NCBI GenBank assembly: GCA_030704615.1
Contig: CM060733.1
Span: 35,216,001-35,280,000 of the forward strand
Source of the DNA: Takakia lepidozioides
Lineage: Eukaryota > Plantae > Bryophyta
DNA length: 64,000 nt
Reading direction: 5' to 3'
Below, piece after piece: positions 1-11,139 of this stretch. A program made the position numbers and the translations under genes. Position 1 is the first letter of the stretch, and the number at the start of each line of letters is the position of its first letter. The notes beneath the pieces are model-generated. The model worked only from the letters and a program-made list of their open reading frames with translations, was not told the origin of the DNA and did not search any database.

Positions 1-191
1 GCCTGCACTCTTAATGAGTCCAATTGGCACTGATTTGCTCAGTAAATAGACGGCGACCGAACTAGTCTTTTAGATTCATATAATATGTCACAATATTGTA
101 TGTCGGACATGCTCACTACTGCATGTCTGAGTCCTCAACTTGAATCAGAAACAGCTAAGTTTTTGTTGAATCCCCCCCTCCGTGCTAGCAG

Positions 192-1064
192 GCGACAAGG
201 TTCAGGTGTGGTGGGTTCGCATTCGGCGTGGGCCTTAACCATGCGTTTATGGACGGCATCGCATTCATACAGTTCCTACATGCTTGGGCTGCTATAGTGC
301 GTGGAGACAGTACCCCTTTGAGTGCTCCATTCTTAGACCGTACAATCTTTCGCCCACGAACTCCACGTCAGATTGACTTTCCACACCATGAATATGACGA
401 GATGGATCTGGCAGAAAATGTCTTGGGTGATGATTTTGTATACAACACTTTCCATTTCACCCGTGAAACCCTCACAGAGTTAAGACAACAAATATTGGGA
501 CAGCCTGGGGGATATGTGAGCAAGTGCTCCACTTTTGAGACGCTCGCAGCCCATGTTTGGCGCGCGCGCACGAAAGCACTTGGAATGGAGCCATCCCAAG
601 AAACCAGACTCCTCGTGGCAGTTGACGTTCGTTCAAAGTTTTCTCCGCCCGTTCCGTCCGACTATGTTGGTAACTCATCTTATGCAGCTTGCGCTATGAC
701 CACAGCTGATGAGCTCCTATCCAAGCCTCTGTCTTATGCAGTGGGCCTTATACAAGAAGGGATTGCTTTGATCACAGACAAATACTTGAGATCCGTACTT
801 GATTACATGGAGGACGTAAAGAAGAGGCCAACTTCGGTCAATTACTCATTTGCAATTTCCGACTGGTCCCGATTGCCGTACTATGAGCTTGACCTTGGGT
901 GGGGAAAGCCATTTTACAATGGACCTCTCACTCGAGGCCTGCCGCCTGAGGCAGTTTACTTTACATTGCCAGATGGAAGTGAGGGGGAAAAGAAAAATTT
1001 GAAAGTGCTGATCGGACTCCCTCCGAGAGCTATGGAGAAGTTTATAGAGGCAATACGTATTTGA
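192..1064 (+). CDS. BAHD acyltransferase, final exon (5' exon lies left of the window)
   Basis: After the acceptor cag at 189-191 the frame reads ATRFRCGGFAFGVGLNHAFMDG, giving the catalytic HxxxDG motif at the conserved BAHD intron position. DLGWG (DFGWG motif) lies near the C-terminus. The frame is open to the stop at 1064. Confidence 0.93.
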   Translation, partial: ATRFRCGGFAFGVGLNHAFMDGIAFIQFLHAWAAIVRGDSTPLSAPFLDRTIFRPRTPRQIDFPHHEYDEMDLAENVLGDDFVYNTFHFTRETLTELRQQILGQPGGYVSKCSTFETLAAHVWRARTKALGMEPSQETRLLVAVDVRSKFSPPVPSDYVGNSSYAACAMTTADELLSKPLSYAVGLIQEGIALITDKYLRSVLDYMEDVKKRPTSVNYSFAISDWSRLPYYELDLGWGKPFYNGPLTRGLPPEAVYFTLPDGSEGEKKNLKVLIGLPPRAMEKFIEAIRI

Positions 1065-1806
1065 ATTGCAGCTCGTCTTTAGTTACTAATCACTTACTAC
1101 CATATCGTAGAAAAAGGCGTGTATCTCGCAGCTGGGATATGTCGAGAGCATCTTGTAAATGCAGTAGCACGCACAGACATAGCACGTCGTGTAGAATCAT
1201 GAGAGCACTGAGAGAATGCTAGCATGTGGCATTCTCTCATGAGTGTATGACTCTCATGCAGTCAGTAGCAGACTCTCATTCATTAGCAGTCAGTGGTTGC
1301 TAAGAGGCTCTACTCTGAAACTTCCTGCCCAAGAAATCTTTGTATCTCTCTAGTAGATTTGTGACCTGTGACACTCTTCAACACATGAATGTACAAAATG
1401 TGCCAAGAACATGAGCTATTATTATGCAGACCGTGACAAGTTTATGACCATTTGCTCATAGATCTCGAAAGACTCTCGATCATCGCCTTCCATGACACCA
1501 TATTTCATTGAGCCATATTGTTGAAAAATTCTATCACCCTGGACCTTGCTACTTACAGGAGCCCATTTTGCTTGAACAGCACATGCTTAATATGGATAAT
1601 GTCAGTCTTTCCCTCACAGAAAACTGCATAGCACTTTCTCACATGACACCCCAGACATTGCGCAAGTGGCAAAATTACTAGATCCAAGAAGGAACTTAGT
1701 ACTAACTATTGCATGATGTGGCGGTAATTTGTTTGATCCGTCCTAGTAAACTTGGGATTATGGAAGGAGCCACAAGCAAGGTCCTCTGCAGTCAAGGTCC
1801 TCTGCG

Positions 1807-4800
1807 CTACAGGCATCTCTTTGCAATTCTCAAGAGCAGCCCCTTTTTCAGACGTGGGAAGAAGGGGTAGGCGGTGATTTCCTCATTGGGGTCGACAAGT
1901 GACCATTGTAAGCGTCTAACCAGTTGATCCACAAACACCAACATCGCCAACCGCGCCAACTCATAGCCAGGGCAGCTGTGTATACCTCCTCCAAAGGGTA
2001 TAAACGTGTACTGAGGAGGTCCCGTACCTTCGAATCGGGAGGGGTCAAAGTTGCGTGGTTCAGGAAAGTACTCCGGGGCCATGTTGGAGCGATGTGATGA
2101 AAACATCACCTGCTAAACACAACAAACTGATGATTAAGATCTCTCGCATCAGAAATGAAGCTTTCCTCAATCGAGAATTGTAAATCTATGAGCTATTTTG
2201 GGCCTAGTCCTCAGAAAGCGTGAGGAGCATAATCATGCGAGTTACTGTGATATCCGACAGTGCTGATTGTTTTGGACGAGTTATTGACCACTTGAACTGA
2301 TAAGGTTAAGTGGTTTTGATCGATGAAGCCCATGACAAAAGAGTGCTTGGACCATTGGAGCCCAATATTGGGAATTAGATGCTAGTGGGTGGATCTGAGC
2401 GGGATGTACCTTCCACCCCTTGGGAATTGTAAAGCCATCGAACTCAAAATCGGTAATAGCCTCCCGAAAGAGGAGTGGCACCACTGGTACTGTGCGCATA
2501 CTTTCTTGGATAACGCGCCATGTGTACTTCATCTGCCTTGTGTCTGTCCAGTTCAGTACTGCTCCAGGTTCCCTCGCTGCCTCAATCTGTCTTAGCTCTG
2601 GAAATTCATACATTTAATCAGTAAGCAGTTCTACTGGAAAGAATGTACTCATAAGACGTTGTTTCCCGTACCCTTGTGGTCATTGACCCAGCGCCCAGTT
2701 TGAGCGGAACACAAAGAGACAGAAACTACCTTTGTCAGGGGCTGATGCTGATAGTATGACTTACCTTGGAACAGACAATTGATCCGAGTTTTCCAGAGAT
2801 CCTCTAAAAATCCCTTTACACAAGCATCGATCTGCTGTGTACGATTTGCCCAATAACTAGGCCCCAAAAGGGCCAGAGCTTTTGGGTCAGCCTTGAGATT
2901 TTCAAAGTTGGTAAACAGAGGTACAGGCACAAATCCCTTGATGGATTAGAAGAGGGCGTCTCTCTGGTGAGTACCCAGGACAATGAATCAGAAAATGAAT
3001 TTTGTCTTCAGGTTGCCCACACCACAGGCACTTGCAATCCCCTCTTCCTCTCTGCATCTGTTTGCTGTTTAAAGGTAGGCTGTATTGAGAGAGTGGGTAA
3101 ACCCTTGAGGTAGGCAACAGACATGGCTTTGGACACTACAGCCTCTAAGTCAGATTTTTATGCAGCGGGTCAGGACTTGCGGACTTAAGATTCAGATTCT
3201 TTGAGAATCTCTTGTACCCTCTTCCGCCAGGACTTAGCCTGTTTGACAGGCCCATGATCCTGCTTCCAAGATATAAAGTCGATTAACTTAGGGTATCTGA
3301 TATTAGTCATACGTTGCAGCTGACCCCACCATCTGACCTTGAATGCTTAAGGGAGGGGAGGGATGCCAAACTCACCCCGAACAGCCACATTAGCTGTTTT
3401 GGAACATGCTGACATGCACTCCTTAAGCACCCCACTTGCATGGATTCTACAGACTTAGCCTGGTTGGAGTTATCAATCCATACTGCAGATGCTTACTCAA
3501 GGCAGAACTGACTTCAGAGAAAGAGAAGACGAAGGTCAACTCCTGCTGAAGCAAGTCGTAAGCCGAGTAGAAAGTGAAGAGAGATGATTTGATAGCTAGA
3601 GTAACTTGTTTCACTTCTTTCTTAACTAAGCTTATATTATGAGAGTTCGCTGGTATACTAGAGACTTCATGATTCTGTATTGAGACTGAGCTCAGCCTGT
3701 AAGCACCATCGAAAGCGTCAAGATTCTATAGTTGGGAGGTGAGCTTTTTCAGTATACTTCTCATCTTTCTAATCAATTTGCTTGTCGTAAAAGCCTTCAG
3801 ATTTTTTGGCTTTGTTAAAATTAGGGCTTCCCTGACAGGAATTTTCCCTGGCACGTGATTACAGGTTTTTGCCCCGGGACGGGGCTGTAATCTCAGATTA
3901 TGGAATCTGTCCCCCATATTTTATGGATCTATTATTCTTAATATAGGGCAGACGATTTTCAAACTTGGGCAGCGATTGTTGTAGTACGTGACGATGAAAC
4001 CCTGGTGGCAACGCAGAGGAGAAACGGGCAGTATCGAAAACGGGCAACTTCGTTTTTTACGTAAGAGGTAAAGCCCTCGCCCTTGGACTTTCCTGGATTT
4101 GAGGCGCCTGTCCCGAGGGCAGGGGTCGAAAATCCAGGAAAGTCCTCGGGCAGCTTTACCTCTTACTAATATCAATGATGTCATAGGAAAGGTACTTGGG
4201 ACAATGTGGCATGAGATGAAGGCTACCTTTCAAAACCTCGTTCAAGCAGGTCGGATTATCAGCCAAGAGGCGCAACGTCAAGGAAAGGGAGGCGGCAGTG
4301 GTCTCGTGGCCAGCAAACATGAGGACGACGAGGTTGTCTAGGATGGCAGTCTCGGTGAGGAACTGTCCATTCTCGTCCGGCGTCGTCAGGAGCACTGACA
4401 GAAGGTCTTGAGGTGGCGATGCAAGTTTGTCTTCGAGTTCCTGCCACGGTACAGATCATCCATGGTGATAACAATACTTTCAAGAACAATCACTGATCTC
4501 TTGAAAGAACCAAGGTAATAAATATCCAGCAGGGTCTTCAGCAACTAAGATAATCTTCGGAAGTCTAAATTCACCCCTGACTGCCATGTGTTGCCAAGAT
4601 CTCATATAAATCGGTCATCCAACTAATGAGGTTGAGTTGCAATATGTAGCAAGCGGGAAATTATATGGTGGATTCCACTTTGAGGTTCTCTTGTTACCTG
4701 GCGCCTTCTTGTCATGATGGCGCTCAGGCCACTGAGGAGGATCTTACGAGCGCGTTTAGCTTTCCAGAAACGAGTGCCCGGGATATCAAAGGGAAAGTCC

Positions 4801-6321
4801 ATAAGGCCATCCACCAAAGTAATGAATGCATCCAAAAGATTGTTGAGTTCAGGGCCCTCCTTTAAGCTCAAGAAGAGATCGCATGCCGAAACAAATGCAA
4901 ATCGTTTAATGCACTCAGATCCTGTCACTTGGTCTTTATTCTCCCAATGCTTGGATATGTGGGCAGCTGCAAATACCTCCATTCTTGGCACAAAGCTCTG
5001 GATCGATTCAGGATTGAGGAAGGTCATGATGATGCGGCGGTTGCGTCTGTGCAATCTCCCCACAGTTGAGATTAGTTCAAAGTAGCAGCATTGCGATCAC
5101 CTGTGAGTCTAACTTTCAGGAATTCTTATTGTGGGTCATATTGTCTCGCAATATTGGCAAGGTCGAGCACAGCCTGTTGTGTATGAAGTTGTTGACTTCC
5201 TGCATGCCAGTCTAACTTGTCTAAGTAGAGCAGTGATCATCATACCACACGCCGCCATGTGGTGTGTACACAGACATGTTGCAAATTCGAGACTAACTGA
5301 ACACTGTTGAAATAGGTAACAGTTCCAAGGAAGTTCTTAAGCAAATCGTTCACTTGCTTTGGCAGGTGTCCAGGCTATTTGTTTTTTCCAAGTACACCCA
5401 AGCCACTGGCACTGGGCCATTGAGAGTGAAAATTAACCCCCTTTTGGAGCCATTGAGGCACGTCCAGGGCTATTATTCTGAACACTTCACAAGTTTGTCC
5501 ATTTCAAAGCAATTAAAGGAGTATTATTTACCTGTAAGAGTCGGGCGTCCCCAAGGTATAGCTTTCTTTCCCAAGAAGGATGGAAAATGAGCTGGGCCAG
5601 CAATTTCGAACCAGTTTGTTCTCATTCGCAAACACGAACTTGTTTCCAGCAGGCGCGGGCAAGCACACAGTCTTGTCACCCATTAGCGAGGTTTTGAACA
5701 CCACTCCATATTTCTTCTCCCGAGCCTGCGACCGGATGAAACCATGAGATCATTTGGCAGAATCTCATATCACAGCTCTGAAATCTACGTTGAGACTTCG
5801 AAATTGACCTATTGTTTCAGCACCGTATCTCACTCATACTACGTGGATGATCGATAAGTGGATCCAAAGAATTGGCAAAATATTGGGCACCACGAATCTC
5901 AGAATCAGCTGCTCGTGGCAGAACATGCCGTACACGGTTTCTCAGAACATAGCTCAGCCGCATACAACAAGACCTTCATCATTCGAGTTCATGTATGTCT
6001 AGTCTAAGCATCTAAACTAGCTGCATGATCTAGTGGCTTCATTGGCATTGCCTGAAAGAAATCTTGGGGTCTGTAGATGCGCATCGCTGAGAGGTAGCTA
6101 AGTGTCTCCCCAATGACTGGAAGCCCCAATCGACCCGGTGGAAGTGGGGGCCGGCCTTTGAGCCGATTCTTCTCTGATTGCGAAGGAATAATCCAGAAGA
6201 CCAGCCACAACACCAGAGTCCCAAATAGCAGTGCAAAGAGTGAACCCAACGTTGCCCCATGTCTGATCACTGTTCCCGTATACACTTGCCACGGTCTGTC
6301 GATCCCAACCAAGTTTGTCAT
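1807..6321 (-). CDS. Cytochrome P450, CYP85 clan (CYP716/725/728-like), 6 exons, ~505 aa
   Basis: Exons 6321-6052, 5725-5532, 5046-4698, 4440-4227, 2597-2410 and 2109-1807 total 1518 nt with consistent phases. Motifs: N-terminal TM helix, [17 protein letters not shown]-helix AGHETT, K-helix ESMR, FDPSRF and heme motif [10 protein letters not shown]. Family assignment is by eye. Confidence 0.92.
2636..3500 (-). mobile_element. Decayed LINE 3' portion inside P450 intron 4
   Basis: Minus-strand remnants [16 protein letters not shown] and a C-terminal Cys/His motif [17 protein letters not shown] typical of LINE ORF2 ends. The 3' end matches copies at 35.7, 52.2 and 55.0 kb. Confidence 0.6.
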
Positions 6322-6737
6322 CCCTACTGTTAGGTGCCAATGGAGCTCGGACTGGTACTGTGAACCAGTTCTTTTCTGTGCAGAGTCAATCTTTGTAAAT
6401 CAAGCGAACAGCTCTTTGAAATTTTGGAGTTGGGTCCTATCACGGTTCCTGTCACTGTTGAGAAATGGATTGGACTTGTGCTAAGATTGAAATCTAGTGA
6501 GCAACGTGATACCTACCCACTGAGCTCTCTATTAGAATCTACTCAAAAACTTCATGCCCTGCAGCTTCGCGTCTCAGGCTGTGCACTTGAACTAATAAAA
6601 TTGAATGTCTATGTGTGACATACCAGAACTATAGCGAGCTGAGGAACTCCAAAGCCACAAAGGAGGCTCACCTAAGTGCTCAGAAAGCGGGCTGTCAGAT
6701 CTTGCATATGCGAGGAACCCTGCCTGGGTATTAACTA

Positions 6738-7146
6738 TTAACCCCTAAAGCGCCGGGAGTGTTTTTGGTGGGCCACCTTAAAAATGGGACCCACCCTCAT
6801 GGATCAGGCCGTATCTGCTAGCAGGAGTTCATCCAGAAAATGAACCTTACCAACTGGCAAGCTACCTAACTACATGCAAGTGGGAAGAAATGACCCTCAC
6901 GTTTGGGAGATTATAATAAATTACCATGGTGGATTTGAAAACTCCAAGCAAATCTTGAAGGAAAAATGAGCTTTGACCAAGCAAATTTGCCCTCACAATG
7001 ATATTTCCTGAGGCCCGGACCACCTCAATCAGAAAGAGAAGAGGGTTACAGGTGTCCTCATGAAATTGGACCTCTTTGGATCAGCACCTGGCGAAAATCG
7101 TCAATTTTATTTTTTTAAATAAAGGGAAACAGAGCCTGGGGGTTAA
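6738..7146. mobile_element. Possible non-autonomous piggyBac-like element upstream of the P450
   Basis: Bounded by TTAA-CCCC (6738) and GGGGG-TTAA (7146). The terminal match extends only ~4 bp beyond TTAA. Confidence 0.25.
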
Positions 7147-8816
7147 TTAATCTGGCCACTTCCCAGAGATCAAGTTTAACAAAGATTTTAACTGAATGAT
7201 AAGTATGTCTTAATTATTAATTTTCCAATGAGAAAGATAGGGGGACGGTGGTTGGTGTGAATGGTGTACAACCTCCAAGGCACGGCCTTCATGGGGATTC
7301 TCTGATATTCAGCTTCTTCTGCTTAGGGATGTTGTGCAGAGGGAAGGCGTGAATGTGGAGCAACAGCCAGTCCAATAGGATCAGTCAAGGTAGATTGCAG
7401 GAAGCTGTACAATACCAATGGCTGCCTGCAAGGGTTTCAAACCTGATCTGCTATGAAGATATGATGAATATGAAGGCAGAGCTTTGCAAAAGAGAGCAGC
7501 TCAACTTCAAACAAAGAAGATAGAAAGCAAGACACAAGAAAAACATCAATCGTGAGGTTTTCGGATATAGAAAGCGAGAACATTAGGTGATTTCTTGTAT
7601 GTATGCGGAAAGAATTGGATGTCCAGTCTAGTTTGGTTCAACCACTTGGGAAAGCAGACATAACATTCGTATTATCGACCTATAGATAAGTTCCGGCCCC
7701 CCTTGTGATGTAATGAAAAGGCAGTGTATAGGGAGCGTATAGGCCTTCCGAGTTTATTTTCTTAGAAGCAAAGAATGTGGAGTAGTTCAAGAAGACTATT
7801 CAAAAGAGCTGCTGTCACAGGAACGTTTTAACTTCCCCAGTTCATTTAAGTTCAGCTAATTTGATTACATGTTCTTGTGTTTTTGGAAGTGGGGTGCGTG
7901 CACTCAATTGCACAGTGCAGATGCGAAGATGGTGACACATCATGCACGATGACTACTCTTGTATGTTCGTTTCCTTTTTGTGCCCCTCTCTCGTGCTGTA
8001 GCTACTGGCAAGGCTACATCAAGGGATGTTGAATGAGTACAATTGGCTAAATGGAGGTTGATGAATGCACACTGCACACTCCAGCTTCAAGTCGGTATTG
8101 GGTACCAGCCTCTCATGAGAGCTCGTCACAGTAAGGGGTGGCACTGACCATATTGACAAGGTGTCTTTGATAATTGTGACATTTTTAACAAATGCATGGT
8201 ACATGCTTAGCCCTGCCCTTTATCATCTCAGAGTAAGGTTGCTATTTTAAGGTTGCTATTCCAAATAATAGTGTCCATCATATAATTGTAATCCTGTCAA
8301 TTTGGGATCAATCTATCCCATACAAATTTGAGACTATAGCCTTGAATCCGTCCAGTCAGTCTTCCATTGTTTATTTTCATGCAAAGAAAGTAGAGATTAA
8401 TTCTGTATTGCTACCCACATGTCACTCATTCTATGAAATGCCCATATGTTGTTTCGGTAACTACTATGACCCACTGCCCATACTTTTTCTCTTAACTTGA
8501 CACTAAAAGCAGCAAACAGTAACAAGCACATATATTCATCCAACACCAAAATATAAGTATTCCATCTAGACACAATCATCCAGCAACATTGGTCCCTTGA
8601 AAGCTGGTCCGTAACTTGTAAAATTATAAGTGGGGAGAAACCATTGCGTATTCTCTGCATGTCTAGGTATTGATTCACAAATGAAAATTGTACTAAGTAC
8701 TACATACCCAATACTACAATAACGTATGAGTTGCGTATGAAAATACTACTCCAAACCCAACACTAGTTGCAGTACCACGTCCAAGAATTCAACCCTCATA
8801 TGTCGTATTTGGGAAC

Positions 8817-10445
8817 TCAAATTCTATCCGAAGAGAATGAACTCGAGAACTCGAGGAGTCTACCGTTCATGCACGTCCCATTGCATGCAGTCTTAACACC
8901 CAAATTAGGGTTGTGATATCCACTGCGGAGCGCAGCCAGGGCATATGCAGTTGTCGTGATCTCGTTCCCGAACCAGCTTTTGGGGTCGTTGTAGGAATAG
9001 AAGGGACAGACATCCCATGAACCATCCACGTTCTGCAACCGTGCCAGCTGCTTCCGATCGCTGGTGTTCCCGATGCCGCACAACTCGCAAGCTATCAGTC
9101 TCATTGCCAGGGCAAGAGCGCTCCCTTGCATTCCAACATGCTCGCTCACCCGCTGCGCCAGTAGTTCCAGAAAGCCTGTCTTTTGGAAGTGCTCCTTGAA
9201 CTTGTGAGCAAGGCCAGCAAGCTGACACAAAAAGGTCTCTGGCAGGGGATAGTATATACTCCCCCGCAAATATGCTCTGCTCTTGAGCAAGTTGTACAGA
9301 AACTGTTCGGTCTTCTTCACAGGTGCGGGTCGGCCTGCTAGGTGAAATAGATAACAGATGCTGGCCTGACTGACCGCATCTATCCTTGGACGCGAGGGGT
9401 CGAAGTACGCCTGGAAAATGCCATCCTCGGTCCTCATATCTAGCATCTTGTCCAATACGGCGTTGATTTGTTTCAAATCTACTTTCGAGAACTTGTACAA
9501 GGCAACTAGCGCCACTGCGGTTGTGTCGAGATCATCTGGGAAAGCTTTGTGGGTGGCCGCGTTGGTATTAACATCTCTTTGGACCAGCCTTTCCTCTGGA
9601 GGGAAAAAGTTAAACGTCCCGGTTGCTGGAGCTGTATGCATGGGAAGGAAGTCTGGGTCCTCTAGCAGATCCGCCATCACAAAGTGGTCGAAGTGGACTG
9701 GGACTCGAAGGCCATCGGACGTAAGAGAGGGACATCTATCAACTGATCCTCTCCTCCGCAACAAATAATCAGCAGCGGCTAACAGCCTCTCTTCATCAGT
9801 GCGAAGATGGTACAATACAAGGTTGACCGTCACCTTGACGTCTTCCGATCCGACAAGAACACCAGTGAAGCCCAAGGACTCAGCAGCAACCACATTCTGT
9901 AGTGTGTCGTCGATGAAAATGGTTTCTGATGCTTTGCAACCCGTCTCGTGCAAAACGTGCTGGAAATAACCGAAGTTGGGTTTGCGAATCCCAACGGCAG
10001 CGGAATAGAACACTCTATCAAACTTCTGGAAAAGATCTGGGAATCTCGCGAGGAGGTAGTCGTAGTCTTCTCTAGCAGCATTAGTCATGCAGAAGAGTTT
10101 GAGCTTGCCCGTAGAAGCTAGAGCATCTACCAGTTGGAGAATTGCACTAACAGGACGGAGAGAGCCTCTCGCTCTGTCGACGAATGTTTGAACATCTTCT
10201 GCATTGAAACCGTTGTCGAGGGACACCCTGTGCAAGGTTTCCGCCCAGGACAGCTTGCCCTCAATATATTGGAACCAAACATGGCTGCGCAGTATACGCT
10301 TGAATCGAACGGGGTGCAGCGGCGTGCCGTGACTGTTGTCTAAGTTGGGCACCAGCAGAACTCCGCCGATGTCGAAGCATACACTTTTGAATGGACTGTT
10401 GCTGCAGCTGAGAAATGGGAAAAGCTCGGTATTCAGACTGCCCAT
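8817..10445 (-). CDS. Intronless HAD-like hydrolase / class II terpene cyclase fusion (drimenol/albicanol synthase type; AstC/DrtB-like), 542 aa
   Basis: N-terminal HAD domain: FDIGGVL, TN, RKP, FIDDTLQNV. C-terminal class II cyclase domain: FPDDLDTT (DxDTT), YFDPSRPRID, RGSIYY and QW motif QNVDGSW. Single uninterrupted ORF. Confidence 0.9.
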   Translation of the reverse strand: MGSLNTELFPFLSCSNSPFKSVCFDIGGVLLVPNLDNSHGTPLHPVRFKRILRSHVWFQYIEGKLSWAETLHRVSLDNGFNAEDVQTFVDRARGSLRPVSAILQLVDALASTGKLKLFCMTNAAREDYDYLLARFPDLFQKFDRVFYSAAVGIRKPNFGYFQHVLHETGCKASETIFIDDTLQNVVAAESLGFTGVLVGSEDVKVTVNLVLYHLRTDEERLLAAADYLLRRRGSVDRCPSLTSDGLRVPVHFDHFVMADLLEDPDFLPMHTAPATGTFNFFPPEERLVQRDVNTNAATHKAFPDDLDTTAVALVALYKFSKVDLKQINAVLDKMLDMRTEDGIFQAYFDPSRPRIDAVSQASICYLFHLAGRPAPVKKTEQFLYNLLKSRAYLRGSIYYPLPETFLCQLAGLAHKFKEHFQKTGFLELLAQRVSEHVGMQGSALALAMRLIACELCGIGNTSDRKQLARLQNVDGSWDVCPFYSYNDPKSWFGNEITTTAYALAALRSGYHNPNLGVKTACNGTCMNGRLLEFSSSFSSDRI

Positions 10446-10512
10446 GCTTCAAGGAGGCCACGGCCGTGCAATCGAATGGGTCCGACCTCCTGCTGAGTAG
10501 TATCTTCAAACC

Positions 10513-10539
10513 GGGTTCAAACTTTATAGGTTTGAACCC
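10513..10539 (-). promoter_or_regulatory. Putative TATA box of the terpene cyclase gene inside a 10-bp inverted repeat
   Basis: gggttcaaac-tttatag-gtttgaaccc; the minus strand reads CTATAAA about 80 bp upstream of the ATG at 10445. Confidence 0.45.
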
Positions 10540-11139
10540 CTTGGTGCGCCCGGTGGCTTAACGTCTTGGCAATACGTCGCTTTGCACCAGCGCTTCTTTT
10601 TTAGGCGAAATGGAGCCTAGAAGCGATAAAAAACAAAGGGCTGCGACAGCCCTATGTAAAATCCTGGGAAAAAATACAAAAAATGCGCCAGAAAATAGGG
10701 GCGCGCGCACGGGCTGGTGCCAGAAAGCTCTAGGGGAATATGCGTGTTGCGCCAGAAATACACGTTCCCCACAGCCCTACATCTAGCGGCTGTCGCCCCC
10801 ATTGCGCGATCAACGGTGGAGATCTCGTCATGGAGCACGACCTGGCTTTGGACTTCTTTGATTAATTATTTTAGATTTCAGATTGTGAGTGGGCTCAAAT
10901 CGCCATATTGCATGCAAATGAAATAGCCTGTAGCCAGTTGATTTTTAGCTAAGCATCTATGTCATCGCCACCTTTGCACTTAGCTTTCAAATTTTGTAGC
11001 CATCTACGCTTCTTAGCCAAAATGAAAAAAAAAGCCCTGCTTTGCACCTATGGCAGATACTTGAGAACTTGGCTCTTGCATAATTTTCGAGGAACTTGGC
11101 CTCCATCGATTGTGTGAAGATTTATTGGCGCTGTCCCCG

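Noticed and set aside
2640-2770. Hammerhead ribozyme in the repeated LINE 3' end
   Set aside because: No conserved CUGANGA/GAAA core with the required stems across the four copies.
7200-8700. Additional cluster gene between the P450 and the cyclase
   Set aside because: Only short ORFs without recognisable motifs or a consistent splice structure.
8817-10445. Fungal or bacterial contaminant contig
   Set aside because: The ORF is contiguous with spliced plant genes and with repeats that recur elsewhere in the window. A read-level check is still advisable.
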